Shown: one piece after another, positions 38,838 to 51,299 of the stretch
How the letters are laid out: each line of letters begins with the position of its first letter
Numbering within the stretch: position 1 is the stretch's first letter
Origin: an uncultured bacterium
GTDB lineage: Bacteria; Krumholzibacteriota; Krumholzibacteriia; LZORAL124-64-63
Length of the DNA: 64,000 bases
NCBI GenBank assembly: GCA_963727525.1
Contig: CAVSGO010000005.1
Span: 608,001-672,000 of the forward strand
Reading direction: 5' to 3'
Notes under the pieces: generated by a model
The model's database searches: none
What the model was told of the DNA's origin: nothing
The model's input: the letters and a program-made list of their open reading frames with translations, nothing else
Made by a program: the position numbers and the translations under genes

Positions 38838-39266
38838 ATGATCGTCAGGATCACCGGCGTCACCACCGCCAAGACCACCACTCGTCTCGTCCACGAAGAT
38901 TCCGGCTCGGTTCTCCAGACCATGGCCCCGCGGGACAACGGCGGCGAGGGTCGGCTCTTCTCGCCCACCGATCTCTGCGCCGCGTCCCTGGGCTCCTGCG
39001 GCACGACGATCATGCACATGTTCGCCCACAACACGGGCATCGGGGTTACCGGCATCGCGTTCACCGTGGACAAGGAGATGTCCGCGAATCCCCGGCGGAT
39101 CGGCCGTTTGCGGGTGCGCTACGAGATCGCCACGGATTGCAGCGAGGGCGACTTCCGCAAGATCGTCGCCGCCGGCAAGGGATGCCCGATCCGGCGTTCC
39201 CTGCACCCCGACGTGGTGCTCGAGGAAGAATACGTGCGCGTCGCGCCCGGTACAGCGGGCGATTGA
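38838..39266 (+). CDS. OsmC family protein
   Basis: DNGG.G..FSPTDL.AASLGSC...CPI.RSL; GGAGG RBS. Confidence 0.9.
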   Translation: MIVRITGVTTAKTTTRLVHEDSGSVLQTMAPRDNGGEGRLFSPTDLCAASLGSCGTTIMHMFAHNTGIGVTGIAFTVDKEMSANPRRIGRLRVRYEIATDCSEGDFRKIVAAGKGCPIRRSLHPDVVLEEEYVRVAPGTAGD

Positions 39267-39304
39267 TCCGGGCGGCGGGCGCGCGGCGCGACTATCGTGA
39301 GCAC

Positions 39305-40576
39305 ATGCGGCGGTTTTCAGGCATCGTCGTGATGATCCTCGTCACCGCGCTCGCAGGCGGCTGCGGCGACGAGCATTCCCCGACGACGCCGCACGTCGGT
39401 ACCCCGACCATCGAGATCACGGTGCGCGATCGCGACACGGAGGCCACGGTAGCCGGCGTGAAGATCGTGCTCTTCGATGACGCCCAGCACGTCGTCGGCG
39501 GGCCGTCCGTGAGCGACACGACGGGCCGCTGCCGGTTCGCGTGGTCCGACCCCTCGGCGAGCATGCGGGTGCTGGCGCTTCCGGGCGACAGCCTGCGCGT
39601 CATCGCGGTTCCCGCGCCTTTCACGCCGGATGCCGCACACAACACAGCGACCATCACCGTGGCCCCCCTGGGCCAGCCGGCCGGCCTGCCGCGCATCACC
39701 GGCCACATCGTCGACGCCGATACGGGCGAGCCGCTCGCCGCCGCCTTCGTGAGCCTCTCACCGTTCCTGTCGGGCTTCCTGGGCTGGGCCGACGCCACCG
39801 ACGACGTGACGCTCGACGACGGGGTCTTTGCGGTGAGCGATATCCCGTTCGCGATCGATCCGGTCTCCGGCAACATCGACCAGCTCATCCCCCTGGTCAT
39901 CACGCATGACGGCTACGAGCCGCGCCTCTGGAGCCACCACCCGCGCCCCGGCGACCTGAACGTGGACATCCGCGATGTCGTGATCGCACTCTCGCCCGCC
40001 CCATCCGGTACGGGGCGCCTCATCGGGCGCGTGCTCTCGGGCACGCAACCGGTGCCGGATCTCCTCGTCGGGCTGGGCGGTCTGGGCGACGGTGATCTGG
40101 CCGCGAAGGCTGCCGGCTGGCCGGGACACGTGACCCGCACCGACCAGGAGGGCGCGTTCGCGTTCGCCGAGCTGCCGCCGGGGCGCTACGTGGTGCAGCC
40201 GGCCTTCACGGTGGGCGACGGCTGGGCTTTCCCCACGCAGCCGGGCAACGTGCCGCACGCCGTGGCGGACAGCATCGTCGTGGATGCCGGCGATCTCCAG
40301 GTGGTGCCCACGATCACGGCGATTGCGCCGGCCGACACGACCATTGCTGCCGCCGATCTCGTCTTTCGCTGGAGCCTGCCCGGGGACGTGGCGGTGGACA
40401 CCTTCGCCATCTACCTCGACGGTCAGCGCCTCGCCAGGACGGCGGCGACGCGCTACGCGCCACCCCGCGGCGACATCGCGACGGGGTGGCACGCATGGTA
40501 TGTCCACGGTCTGAGTGCGCAGAACGAATTGCTCGCGAGTCAGGAGAATGCCTCGTGGTTCGCGATCGCGCCGTGA
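39305..40576 (+). CDS. Lipoprotein with carboxypeptidase-regulatory-like (prealbumin-fold) domains
   Basis: Lipobox LAGG-C; ITG.IVDADTGEPL; TD.EGAF.F.ELPPGRY. Confidence 0.75.
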   Translation: MRRFSGIVVMILVTALAGGCGDEHSPTTPHVGTPTIEITVRDRDTEATVAGVKIVLFDDAQHVVGGPSVSDTTGRCRFAWSDPSASMRVLALPGDSLRVIAVPAPFTPDAAHNTATITVAPLGQPAGLPRITGHIVDADTGEPLAAAFVSLSPFLSGFLGWADATDDVTLDDGVFAVSDIPFAIDPVSGNIDQLIPLVITHDGYEPRLWSHHPRPGDLNVDIRDVVIALSPAPSGTGRLIGRVLSGTQPVPDLLVGLGGLGDGDLAAKAAGWPGHVTRTDQEGAFAFAELPPGRYVVQPAFTVGDGWAFPTQPGNVPHAVADSIVVDAGDLQVVPTITAIAPADTTIAAADLVFRWSLPGDVAVDTFAIYLDGQRLARTAATRYAPPRGDIATGWHAWYVHGLSAQNELLASQENASWFAIAP

Positions 40577-40586
40577 GCCGGCGCCT

Positions 40587-41255
40587 CTACTTCCCGCCGT
40601 CCCGGTGGTTGCCGAGCATCGACTTGCTATCAGGCTGCGGTTGCTTCGGTGGGGAACCCATGGGATTGCTGGTCGGCATGTCCCCCATGCCGTGCATCGG
40701 CACCATTGCCGTGTAGGTGACGTCGGCCTTCTCGCCCGGCACGTGGCTGAGGGCCACCTCGGCGCGCATGCCGCCGGTCGCATCGGACATGTTCATCGCA
40801 CCGAACATGGCGTCCTGGGGCATCAACTTCATGCCGCCACACTGGGCGCAGGTGCCCGGTTCGAACTGGGTGGCATCGGGATGCATCGGGCAGAAATAGG
40901 CGGTGGGTTCGCCTTGCACCGCATCCTTGGGCTCGAGAGCGGCCTTGCGGACCGTGCCGTCGGCGAAACGCACGGTCACGGAGCCGGCAGCCTTGTCGAG
41001 GCGCATCGGCGCACCGTTGGCCGCGTAGGCGTAGACGCAGACGCCATCCGGGGTGGCCACCGTCTCGAACGAGCGGTCGCCCACCGTCATCATCGCGCCC
41101 CCGTGCCAGGCTTTGGCTTTGCCGGACATCGCGTCATGCTGGTGCATGGTGTCGTTCTTCATCTGTCCCATGTCGGTCTGGGCCGCGGCGGTCAGTCCCC
41201 AGGTGGCGGTCGCGAGCGCGAACGCCAGCATGAGGAGCTTGCTGTATTTCGTCAT
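40587..41255 (-). CDS. Secreted Met/His-rich heavy-metal-binding domain protein
   Basis: Signal peptide; YFCPMHP...PGTCAQCGGMKL motif. Confidence 0.82.
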   Translation of the reverse strand: MTKYSKLLMLAFALATATWGLTAAAQTDMGQMKNDTMHQHDAMSGKAKAWHGGAMMTVGDRSFETVATPDGVCVYAYAANGAPMRLDKAAGSVTVRFADGTVRKAALEPKDAVQGEPTAYFCPMHPDATQFEPGTCAQCGGMKLMPQDAMFGAMNMSDATGGMRAEVALSHVPGEKADVTYTAMVPMHGMGDMPTSNPMGSPPKQPQPDSKSMLGNHRDGGK

Positions 41256-41617
41256 GATCATCCTCTCTTCCTGTCGATCGGCCATCTCTTCCACAATCTC
41301 GCGGCGCGGCGCGCCACTGTCACCTGCGGTCGCCGGTTCTTCGCGTGGATGAAAGGAGACCGGGCCGGTGGAGTTCCCGCGCGAGGGCCAGCCAGCGGTC
41401 GCACCCTGGTCATTCGCCGCGGCAGCCTGCATCCCAAGATGCGTAGCGCCAACCTGTTCCGTGACAGGCGACCCCAGGATTGCCACCCCCATTGAATTGA
41501 ACTTCGGTCATATATTATAGTCGTTCGCGACATGCTCACCGAGTACCGCAGCCCCGCGGCTCGCGTGTCGACGCGCGGTGGCGCACCACCGTGTCCGCTT
41601 CATTCAGGGAGTAGGAA

Positions 41618-42307
41618 ATGAACAAATTTGCTCATGGGATGATGTTCGTCGGACTTTGCAGCCTCACGGCACTGGCCAGCGCCAGCGACCAGCCGCTGCG
41701 CATCAGCCAGGTCTACGGCGCCGGCGGCAACAGTGGCGCGATCTACAACCAGGACTACATCGAGCTGTTCAACATGTCGGGCGACGACGTGGACATCAGC
41801 GGCTGGTCACTCCAGTACGGCTCGGCGTCGGGCGACAACGCGACGGGATTCGGCACCTGCTCCAATTGCACGGTCGTGTTGCCGGAGGGGTCCATCGTGG
41901 CATCCTGCGGCTACTTCCTCGTCGGCATGGCGACAGGTACGAACGGCAGCGCCCTGCCGACCCTCGACGCGAGCGGCGCCATGAACATGAGCGGGTCGAG
42001 CGGCAAGGTCGCCCTGCTCAGCACCGACCTGGCCGCCGGCGCTTGCCCGCCCGGAAGCCCGGACCTGGTGGATCTCGTGGGATACGGCAGCGCAAACTGT
42101 TTCGAGAACGCGCCGGCGCCGGGCCTGAGCGCATCCACGGCGGCGTTCCGGGGGACCGGAGGCGTCGCGGACACCGACGACAACGCCGCCGATTTCGCAA
42201 TCGACGTTCCCGCACCGCGTAACAGCGCCACCGAGACCAATCCGAGCTGTGTCACGGTATCGGCGCAGCCCGCGACCTGGGGTACGCTGAAGGCGATGTA
42301 TCGTTGA
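41618..42307 (+). CDS. Secreted lamin-tail-domain protein with C-terminal TWGxxK motif
   Basis: ISQVYGAGGNSGA.Y..DYIELFN...VDISGWSLQY; DLVGYG; DTDDNAADF; ends VSAQPATWGTLKAMYR. Confidence 0.88.
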   Translation: MNKFAHGMMFVGLCSLTALASASDQPLRISQVYGAGGNSGAIYNQDYIELFNMSGDDVDISGWSLQYGSASGDNATGFGTCSNCTVVLPEGSIVASCGYFLVGMATGTNGSALPTLDASGAMNMSGSSGKVALLSTDLAAGACPPGSPDLVDLVGYGSANCFENAPAPGLSASTAAFRGTGGVADTDDNAADFAIDVPAPRNSATETNPSCVTVSAQPATWGTLKAMYR

Positions 42308-42322
42308 ACGCGGTCCCGATTC

Positions 42323-42356
42323 CACGAGGCCCCGCCGGCGACGACGGGGCCTCGTG
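42323..42356. terminator. Hairpin between convergent lamin-tail gene and leuS
   Basis: CACGAGGCCCCG / CGGGGCCTCGTG inverted repeat. Confidence 0.7.
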
Positions 42357-42382
42357 TTCGTGTCGGGTTGCGCAGCCGCGTC

Positions 42383-44800
<2,418 letters not shown>

Positions 44801-44891
44801 GGCGTCCTCGTCCTTGGGCTCGGTTTCTGCGAGGGGTGCAGGTAGGGGGGAATAATAAGGTCTGGTCTGGAAAAGACAATGGCCGTGCGGG

Positions 44892-45998
44892 CTAGAAGGC
44901 CTCGCCGAAGTTGACGTAGAAGCCCGCGTCGCCGCGTCCGAACCCGAAGTCGAAGCGCAGGTTGGAACGGTCCGCCTCGCCTCCCACGCGCACGCGCAGG
45001 CCGAAACCGGCCGCCGGCCGCACCTCGCGCAGACGCAGCGCGTCCCAGCCATCGCCCACTTCCGCGGCCCCCGCGAAGACGACGGCGCCGAGGCGCCCCC
45101 GCAGCACGGTGCGTAGCTCCGCCTGGACGAGGGCCACGTGGGTGGTGAGGTAGCGGGTCTCGTAGTAGCCGCGCAGGCCGATGCGCTGGAGCTGATAGAA
45201 GGGCGCCGTGCCCGCCCCGAGAACCGAGACGAGCACCTGGCAGGCCACCACCCGCGTACCGCCGAGCGAGAGGAAGCGTCGCAGATCGAGGGTGGTGCGG
45301 GTGTAGGCGAAGTCGCTGCCCAGCCCCGGAGCATAGCGTGAGACGCCGAGTTGGTGCAGCCAGCCGCGGGTGGGATAGAAGAGGGCATCGCGGGTGTCGT
45401 AGGTGAGCACGGCGCCCACGCCCACCAGCGTCCCCCCATCCGCACCGGTGACGGCGCCGCTGCGCAGGAACGAGCTTTCCCCCGTGCCGGTGATGCGCAC
45501 ATGCTCCCACTCCAGGCGCGCCCCCAGGTACAGGCCGCGCGCGAGTGCGCGGCTCACGGTGACGTCCGCGCGCGGGTAGTGCGGCGTGAGGGTCTCCTCG
45601 TCGGCCTCGCGCGTATCGTCGCCGAGCCCGTAGAACCTGGTCGGGAACTTCAGGTACCCGACCATGCCGGCAGCATGCCAGGTGTCGTCATGCCACCAGA
45701 CGTCGCCGGCGATGAGGGCCATGAGCTGGTCGGCGGTGGTGACGATGATCGTGGGATTGAAGGTGCTGGGTCGGCGCGCGGGGTCGTCCGAGAGACGCAG
45801 GTAGAACCCGGTGGAGGCTCCGAAGGCCAGCTCCGTCTCCGGCGAATAGGCGAGCACCGGCAACACGTAGAGCAGGCCGCTGCGAGGCGGCGGCGAGCCT
45901 GGCTCCCCGCCGACCAGGGAATCGACGTCCGCGACCTGGGCGAAAGCGGGAGGCGCGAGCAACCCGAGAACGACGAGATGCAAGACGCGAACGCGCAT
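44892..45998 (-). CDS. BamA/TamA (Omp85) family outer membrane barrel protein
   Basis: Signal peptide; YDTRD...PTRG; LRGY; terminal FYVNFGEAF. Confidence 0.85.
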   Translation of the reverse strand: MRVRVLHLVVLGLLAPPAFAQVADVDSLVGGEPGSPPPRSGLLYVLPVLAYSPETELAFGASTGFYLRLSDDPARRPSTFNPTIIVTTADQLMALIAGDVWWHDDTWHAAGMVGYLKFPTRFYGLGDDTREADEETLTPHYPRADVTVSRALARGLYLGARLEWEHVRITGTGESSFLRSGAVTGADGGTLVGVGAVLTYDTRDALFYPTRGWLHQLGVSRYAPGLGSDFAYTRTTLDLRRFLSLGGTRVVACQVLVSVLGAGTAPFYQLQRIGLRGYYETRYLTTHVALVQAELRTVLRGRLGAVVFAGAAEVGDGWDALRLREVRPAAGFGLRVRVGGEADRSNLRFDFGFGRGDAGFYVNFGEAF

Positions 45999-46068
45999 AA
46001 GCCCATCCCGGTGTCGTGCGTATCAGCGGCGACGCGCCGCGGCTGCTGCCATCACGGCCTGCAGGCCA

Positions 46069-46959
46069 TCAGAACACGCTCACCTTGAAGAATGCCTTGG
46101 GATTGCGGCGCATCTGGTCGAGCAGGCGATCGAGCGACTGCAGCGTGGAGTCGGCCTGGTCATACAGGGCTTCGTCGGTGAGCAGACGCCCCGCCGAACC
46201 CTCGCCCGCCTCCAGGCGCTTCAGGATGGTGGAGCTGGTGCGCGAGAGCGTGACCAGCTCGGCCATCGCCGAATCGAGATGGGCCGTCGCCTGGCGCGTG
46301 GACACGAGGGTGCTGTCGAGCTTGCCATCGCCCAAGGCCAGGGAGAGCGACTCCGTCAGGTCCACGACGTTTCCCAGCGCGTCGCGTAGCCGGGAGCGAT
46401 TCTCCTTCACCATGCCCTCGACCTCGAGCAGCGTCCGCTGGGCCGTGGCCAGCGTGCCCACGAGGTCACCCTCGGTGCGGAGCTGGCCGATGAAACCGCG
46501 CACCTCCTCCGACAACGACGTCATCTCGTCGAGGGCCTTGTTCACCTTGTCGCCCAGCGCCACGATCGACGCGGCGTTGCGCCCCTGGAATTCGTGACCC
46601 GGAGCCACCGGCGTCCCCGTGCCGGGATCGATCTCCACGACGATCTCACCCACGATGCCCTTCTGCACGAGTGTGACGCTCGCGTCGTCGTGCAGCGCGA
46701 TCCAGCTGTCGAGATCGAAGTGCACCCGCACCTTCTGCGGCATGAAGTCGAAGGCCGTCACCGTACCCGAGCGGATGCCGCGCACCTGGACGCGGTCGCC
46801 CACCTTCAGGCCCTCGACAGCAGTGAAGTCGGCCGTGAACTCGTGCGTACCGCCCTTCAGGTGCATGTTCTTGAAGAACATGAGGCCACCGATCAGGATG
46901 AGCATCGCGACGGTCACCGTGATGCCGACCTGGATCTCTCGCCTTCGCATCTGATCCAT
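46069..46959 (-). CDS. mlaD: MCE/MlaD family protein
   Basis: N-terminal TM helix; GLKVGDRV.VRGI..G.V MCE motif; helical C-region. Confidence 0.88.
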   Translation of the reverse strand: MDQMRRREIQVGITVTVAMLILIGGLMFFKNMHLKGGTHEFTADFTAVEGLKVGDRVQVRGIRSGTVTAFDFMPQKVRVHFDLDSWIALHDDASVTLVQKGIVGEIVVEIDPGTGTPVAPGHEFQGRNAASIVALGDKVNKALDEMTSLSEEVRGFIGQLRTEGDLVGTLATAQRTLLEVEGMVKENRSRLRDALGNVVDLTESLSLALGDGKLDSTLVSTRQATAHLDSAMAELVTLSRTSSTILKRLEAGEGSAGRLLTDEALYDQADSTLQSLDRLLDQMRRNPKAFFKVSVF

Positions 46960-46969
46960 GCGTGACTCC

Positions 46970-47776
46970 TCAGAAGACGCCCAGGGGGCCCTCGGCCCGC
47001 CCTTCGATGAACTGACGGACGGCAGCGTGGTCGGTGTGCTTCACCTCGTCCACGGTGCCGACATATTCGATCTTACCAGCATTGAGCATGGCCATGCGAT
47101 CGGCCACCTTGTATGCACTCTGCATATCGTGCGTCACCACGATCGACGTGACGGAAAGCTCTTGCTGCAGTTTGAGGATCAGGTCGTTGATCGCGTCGCC
47201 CGTGATGGGGTCGAGCCCGGTCGTGGGCTCGTCGTAGAGCATGTACTGCGGCTGCATCGCGATCGCGCGCGCCAGTCCGGCGCGTTTCTTCATGCCGCCC
47301 GACAGCGAGCTGGGCAGCTTGTCCTCGGTACCCTCCAGACCCACCATCTCGAGGCACTCGCAGGCGCGCGCGCGGATGCGGTCGCGGTCCCAGTCGGTGT
47401 GTTCCTTGAGGATGAGGCCGACGTTCTCACAGATGGTCATCGAGTCGAAGAGTGCCGCGCCCTGGAAGAGCATGCCGAAGCGCTTGCGCAGGTCCATCAG
47501 CGACGCGCGGTCGAGCGTGGTAATCTCCACGCCCTCCACCCACACGGATCCCGTATCCGGTTCCAGTAGCCGCACGATGTGCTTCAGGAGCACCGACTTG
47601 CCCTCGCCGCTGCGGCCGATCACCACCATGGTCTCGCCACGGCGGATGGTGAGATCACAGTGTTCGAGCACCTGCTTGGCCCCGAAGTGCTTGCTCAGGC
47701 CCTGTACGGCGATGCCGTCGAAGGAGCCCGGATCGGCGAGCTTGAGGTCGGGAGGCGGCGGAACGGCGGTGCTCAT
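46970..47776 (-). CDS. mlaF: MlaF-type ABC ATP-binding protein
   Basis: GRSGEGKS; FQGAALFDS; LSGGMKKR; YDEPTTGLDP; start MSTAV overlaps the mlaE stop. Confidence 0.92.
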   Translation of the reverse strand: MSTAVPPPPDLKLADPGSFDGIAVQGLSKHFGAKQVLEHCDLTIRRGETMVVIGRSGEGKSVLLKHIVRLLEPDTGSVWVEGVEITTLDRASLMDLRKRFGMLFQGAALFDSMTICENVGLILKEHTDWDRDRIRARACECLEMVGLEGTEDKLPSSLSGGMKKRAGLARAIAMQPQYMLYDEPTTGLDPITGDAINDLILKLQQELSVTSIVVTHDMQSAYKVADRMAMLNAGKIEYVGTVDEVKHTDHAAVRQFIEGRAEGPLGVF

Positions 47777-48567
47777 TGGGAGCCTCCGAAGATGATCTGC
47801 AGGAAGATCGTACCCAGGACGTAGTCCGCCACGAGCACGCCGAGGCAGGTGGCGACCACGGCCTGCATGGTCGACTTGCCGACACCCTCGGCGCCGCCCT
47901 GCGTGTTGAACCCGTAATAGATCCCACTCATGGCGATGACGCCGCCGAAGAAAAACGTCTTCGCCAGACCGCTGATCACGTCGCCGATGTCGAAGAAGTA
48001 GCGCGAGCCCTCCGCGAATGTCTGCGGGGTCACCTGCAGGGTGATCATCGCCACGACCATGCCACCGAAGATGGCGATGAAGTCGGCGATCGCGGTGACG
48101 ACGGGCATCATCAGCACCGCCGCCACGAAGCGTGGCAGGCCGAGATACTCGATGGGCTCGATGGCCATGATCTCCATGGCGTCGAGCTGTTCCGTCACCT
48201 TCATCGTCCCCAGTTCCGCGGCATAGCTGGCGGCCAGGCGGCTGCCCACGACCAGCGCCGCGAGCACCGGCCCCATCTCCAGGATCACGCTCTTGGTGAT
48301 CACCGTGCCCAGAAACACGAGGGGCACGAAGCCCTCCATCTGGTAGCCGGTCTGCACCGCCGTGATGCCACCCGTGAACACGGCCGTCGTGATCACGAGC
48401 GGCAACGAGCCCACGGCGACGATGTGCATCTGCTCGTAGATCTCGTGGCGCAGCTTCCAGGCCTTGTTCAGATGGCAGACGATGCCGCACAGCATGAGGT
48501 AGCCGTGCCCGATGCTCGCGAGCCCCTCCATGACCATGTGGCCGATGAGCTGAAACAACCTCGTCAT
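47773..48567 (-). CDS. mlaE: MlaE family ABC permease
   Basis: EMGPVL...AAELGTMKVTEQLDA; GGAEGVGKST. Confidence 0.93.
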   Translation of the reverse strand: MTRLFQLIGHMVMEGLASIGHGYLMLCGIVCHLNKAWKLRHEIYEQMHIVAVGSLPLVITTAVFTGGITAVQTGYQMEGFVPLVFLGTVITKSVILEMGPVLAALVVGSRLAASYAAELGTMKVTEQLDAMEIMAIEPIEYLGLPRFVAAVLMMPVVTAIADFIAIFGGMVVAMITLQVTPQTFAEGSRYFFDIGDVISGLAKTFFFGGVIAMSGIYYGFNTQGGAEGVGKSTMQAVVATCLGVLVADYVLGTIFLQIIFGGSQ

Positions 48568-48603
48568 GCCGGCTAGCCTATCCTGTCCATCTCGGTTCGT
48601 CCA

Positions 48604-49566
48604 TCAGCCAACCGACGCATCCACGGCCTGAAAGATGCCGCGCAGCGTTTGCCGTGAGAACTGGTCCTCCCGGACCTGGATGTCGGCCGGCAGATCGCGC
48701 CGCAAGGCATAGTGCGGGTCGCCGGCCGCGAGCCGGCCGAGGCAGGCGTCGGCGAGAGCCTGGAACCCGGCGCCCGGCTGGTTGCGGGACACGGTGCGCG
48801 CCGCCGCCAGCCACTGGCAGAGCTGCTCGCGCGCGAAGCGCAGCAATTCCACCACGTGCCCCTCGTGCAGCCCATGGTGGGCGAACGCAATGCGGCGCGG
48901 CACCGGCGTCAGCGCCAGCAGGCGATCCAGCGAGGCGAGCGCGATCTCGGGCACGAAACGCGGTGGCGTGGCGGGGCGCAGATACCAATGGCCCCCCGGC
49001 ATCGCGATGTACGTACCCGCCGCCTCGCCCGCGAAGAGGGTCTCTTCGTGGACGAAGCTCAGATGATGGGGCGCGTGACCGGGCGTATCCACGGTGACGA
49101 TGCCCCGGTCCGCGATCTCGTCGAAGGTGGCCAGGCTCGAGGCCATCACGGGTGCGGGCTCGCCGTAGGCCTCGGCCGTGGCGCCGAGCACCTTCCGCGA
49201 CCCCTCCCACAGCCGGGTCGGCTCCACGATGTGCCGGCGCCCCTTCTCGTGGCACACGACACGGGCTTGCGGATGGGCCGCGAGCACCGCCGCGGTGGCT
49301 CCTGCGTGGTCGAGATGAACATGCGTGAGCAGGATAATGTCGAGTCGGTCCACGCCCAGTTCCCGCAGGCGCGCCAGCAGCACGTCCGCCGTCGACCGCG
49401 GTCCGGGATCGACGAGAAACGTTAGCTCCGGCGACCGCCAGACCCAGCAGCTGATGAACTGGCGCTGGCCCTCGAGGGCGGGCTGGTCGAGATCCACGAG
49501 GTCGAGCACGGCCCGGGCGACTCCTGTTTTCGAGGATCGGACGGCGACGCGAGCGTTGGATAACAT
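48604..49566 (-). CDS. MBL-fold metallo-hydrolase
   Basis: VDPGP, THVHLDHAG and TPGHAPHH motifs. Confidence 0.9.
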   Translation of the reverse strand: MLSNARVAVRSSKTGVARAVLDLVDLDQPALEGQRQFISCWVWRSPELTFLVDPGPRSTADVLLARLRELGVDRLDIILLTHVHLDHAGATAAVLAAHPQARVVCHEKGRRHIVEPTRLWEGSRKVLGATAEAYGEPAPVMASSLATFDEIADRGIVTVDTPGHAPHHLSFVHEETLFAGEAAGTYIAMPGGHWYLRPATPPRFVPEIALASLDRLLALTPVPRRIAFAHHGLHEGHVVELLRFAREQLCQWLAAARTVSRNQPGAGFQALADACLGRLAAGDPHYALRRDLPADIQVREDQFSRQTLRGIFQAVDASVG

Positions 49567-49605
49567 AAGTTATTTTTCACAGGAGCCAAGGGATTTGCGC
49601 TCATG

Positions 49606-50982
49606 CTAGCGCGCCAGGTCGCTGAACCGCGTGTACTCCTTGTGGAAGTGCAGATCGAACTGGCCGATCGGACCGTTGCGCTGCTTGCCGACGATGACGG
49701 TGGCCAGGTTGTGCAACGACTCGTCGTCGGCGCTGTAGACCTCTTCGCGAAAGATGAAGAGCACCACATCGGCGTCCTGCTCGATCGAGCCCGATTCGCG
49801 CAGGTCGCTGAGCATGGGCCGGTGATCGCTGCGCGACTCGACGGCGCGCGAGAGCTGGCTCAACGCAAGGACCGGCACGTCGAGATCCTTCGCCATGCCC
49901 TTGAGGCCGCGGCTGATCTGCGAGATCTCCTGCTGCCGGTTCTCGATGCGCGCGTTGATCGACATGAGCTGCAGGTAGTCGATGATCACCAGACCCAGGC
50001 CGTGCTGCTGCTGCAGGCGCCGCGCTTTCGACTTCATCTCGAGGACGGTGAGACCGCTCGAGTCGTCGATGAAGATGGGCGCACGGGAGAGCTGGTCGCA
50101 AGCGCGCGTGAGGCGGGGCCAGTCCTCGGCGCGCAGCTTGCCGCGGCGGACGTTGTGCAGGTTGAAGCCGGTGGCGGAGCACAATATGCGCATGACGAGC
50201 TGCTCCTTCGCCATCTCCAGCGAGAAGACGGCAACAGGTTTGCCCTCCTTGGTCGCCACATTGTAGGCGAGGTTCAGGGCGAGGCTCGTCTTGCCCATCG
50301 ATGGACGCGCGGCGAGGATGACCAGGTCGCTGCGCTGCAATCCGCTCGTGTACTGGTCCATCTGGGTGAACCCGGTGCGCAGGCCGGTGACGTCGCTCTT
50401 GCTCTGGAAGGCCTCCTCGATCGACTTGAACGTGCCGGGCAGGACCTCGTCGAGCCCCACGAACTCGGCCTTGCGGCTCTCCTCGCCGATCGCGTACACG
50501 CGGTTCTGGGCCCTGTCGAGGATATCCGCAACGTCGCCGGTACCCTCGAAGGCCTCGTTCGCCGACACGTTTGAGGCGTGGATCAACTCGCGCAGCACGG
50601 ACTTCTCGCGCACGATCTGCGCGTGGTACGTCACGTTGGCCGCGGTGGCCACCATGGACTGCAGATCGACCAGGTAGTCGATACCGCCGGCGTCCTTCAG
50701 TCGGCCATCCTTTTCCAGTTCGCCGCCCACGGTGATCGGATCGATGGCCTGGTCGGCGTCATAGAGCCGGCACATGGCGGCGAAGATGAGGCGGTGCTCC
50801 AGGCGATAGAACTCGGTGCCCTGGAGGACCTCGCCGGCCAGCCCCACGGACTCGCGATCGAGCATCGCGGCGCCGAGGATGGCGCGCTCGGCGTCCTCGT
50901 TGCAGGGCGGTTGACGGTCGCCAGCCAGCGGGCCCGGCTGTCGGCGTTCGCTCGGCGATTGAAACTGGCTGCGTGCTTCCAC
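49606..50982 (-). CDS. dnaB: Replicative DNA helicase
   Basis: AARPSMGKT, FSLEM, IDYLQL, LSQLSR, SDLRESGSIEQDAD and KQRNGP; no intein; GTG start at 50982 with GGAGG RBS. Confidence 0.98.
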   Translation of the reverse strand: MEARSQFQSPSERRQPGPLAGDRQPPCNEDAERAILGAAMLDRESVGLAGEVLQGTEFYRLEHRLIFAAMCRLYDADQAIDPITVGGELEKDGRLKDAGGIDYLVDLQSMVATAANVTYHAQIVREKSVLRELIHASNVSANEAFEGTGDVADILDRAQNRVYAIGEESRKAEFVGLDEVLPGTFKSIEEAFQSKSDVTGLRTGFTQMDQYTSGLQRSDLVILAARPSMGKTSLALNLAYNVATKEGKPVAVFSLEMAKEQLVMRILCSATGFNLHNVRRGKLRAEDWPRLTRACDQLSRAPIFIDDSSGLTVLEMKSKARRLQQQHGLGLVIIDYLQLMSINARIENRQQEISQISRGLKGMAKDLDVPVLALSQLSRAVESRSDHRPMLSDLRESGSIEQDADVVLFIFREEVYSADDESLHNLATVIVGKQRNGPIGQFDLHFHKEYTRFSDLAR

Positions 50983-51082
50983 GTGGTCGGCCTCCGTGCT
51001 GGTGCGAGATCGGGATGACCCGTGACGATAACACAACGCTCATGGGCGCGCCCGGCGGACTTCCCGCTGCCACCAGATTGGC

Positions 51083-51277
51083 AGGGGACGACCGGTGGAT
51101 GACAGAGGGATAGCCTGCGTACAACCTCCGCGAACTGGCGGACAAACCTGTGGACAACGTGGGGATGACGGTGGAAAACTCGCGCCCGACCGGCCGACGG
51201 CCGCGGCTGCGCGCGGGCAAGGCATTCTGCCGGTTGCCGTTGCCGGGGCGGCCAGACGGGGCCCGGCAGGGGATAAC
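51083..51277. promoter_or_regulatory. Array of degenerate DnaA-box-like 9-mers upstream of dnaB
   Basis: Same-strand TGTGGATAA-like 9-mers at 51083, 51094, 51105, 51116, 51137, 51149 (TGTGGACAA), 51160, 51170 and 51268. Confidence 0.65.
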
Positions 51278-51299
51278 TCCGTCCCAAAGCGAGGCTGCC

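Noticed and set aside
51083-51277. Chromosomal origin oriC
   Set aside because: No AT-rich unwinding element and no dnaA, dnaN or gidA nearby; kept only as a DnaA-box-like array
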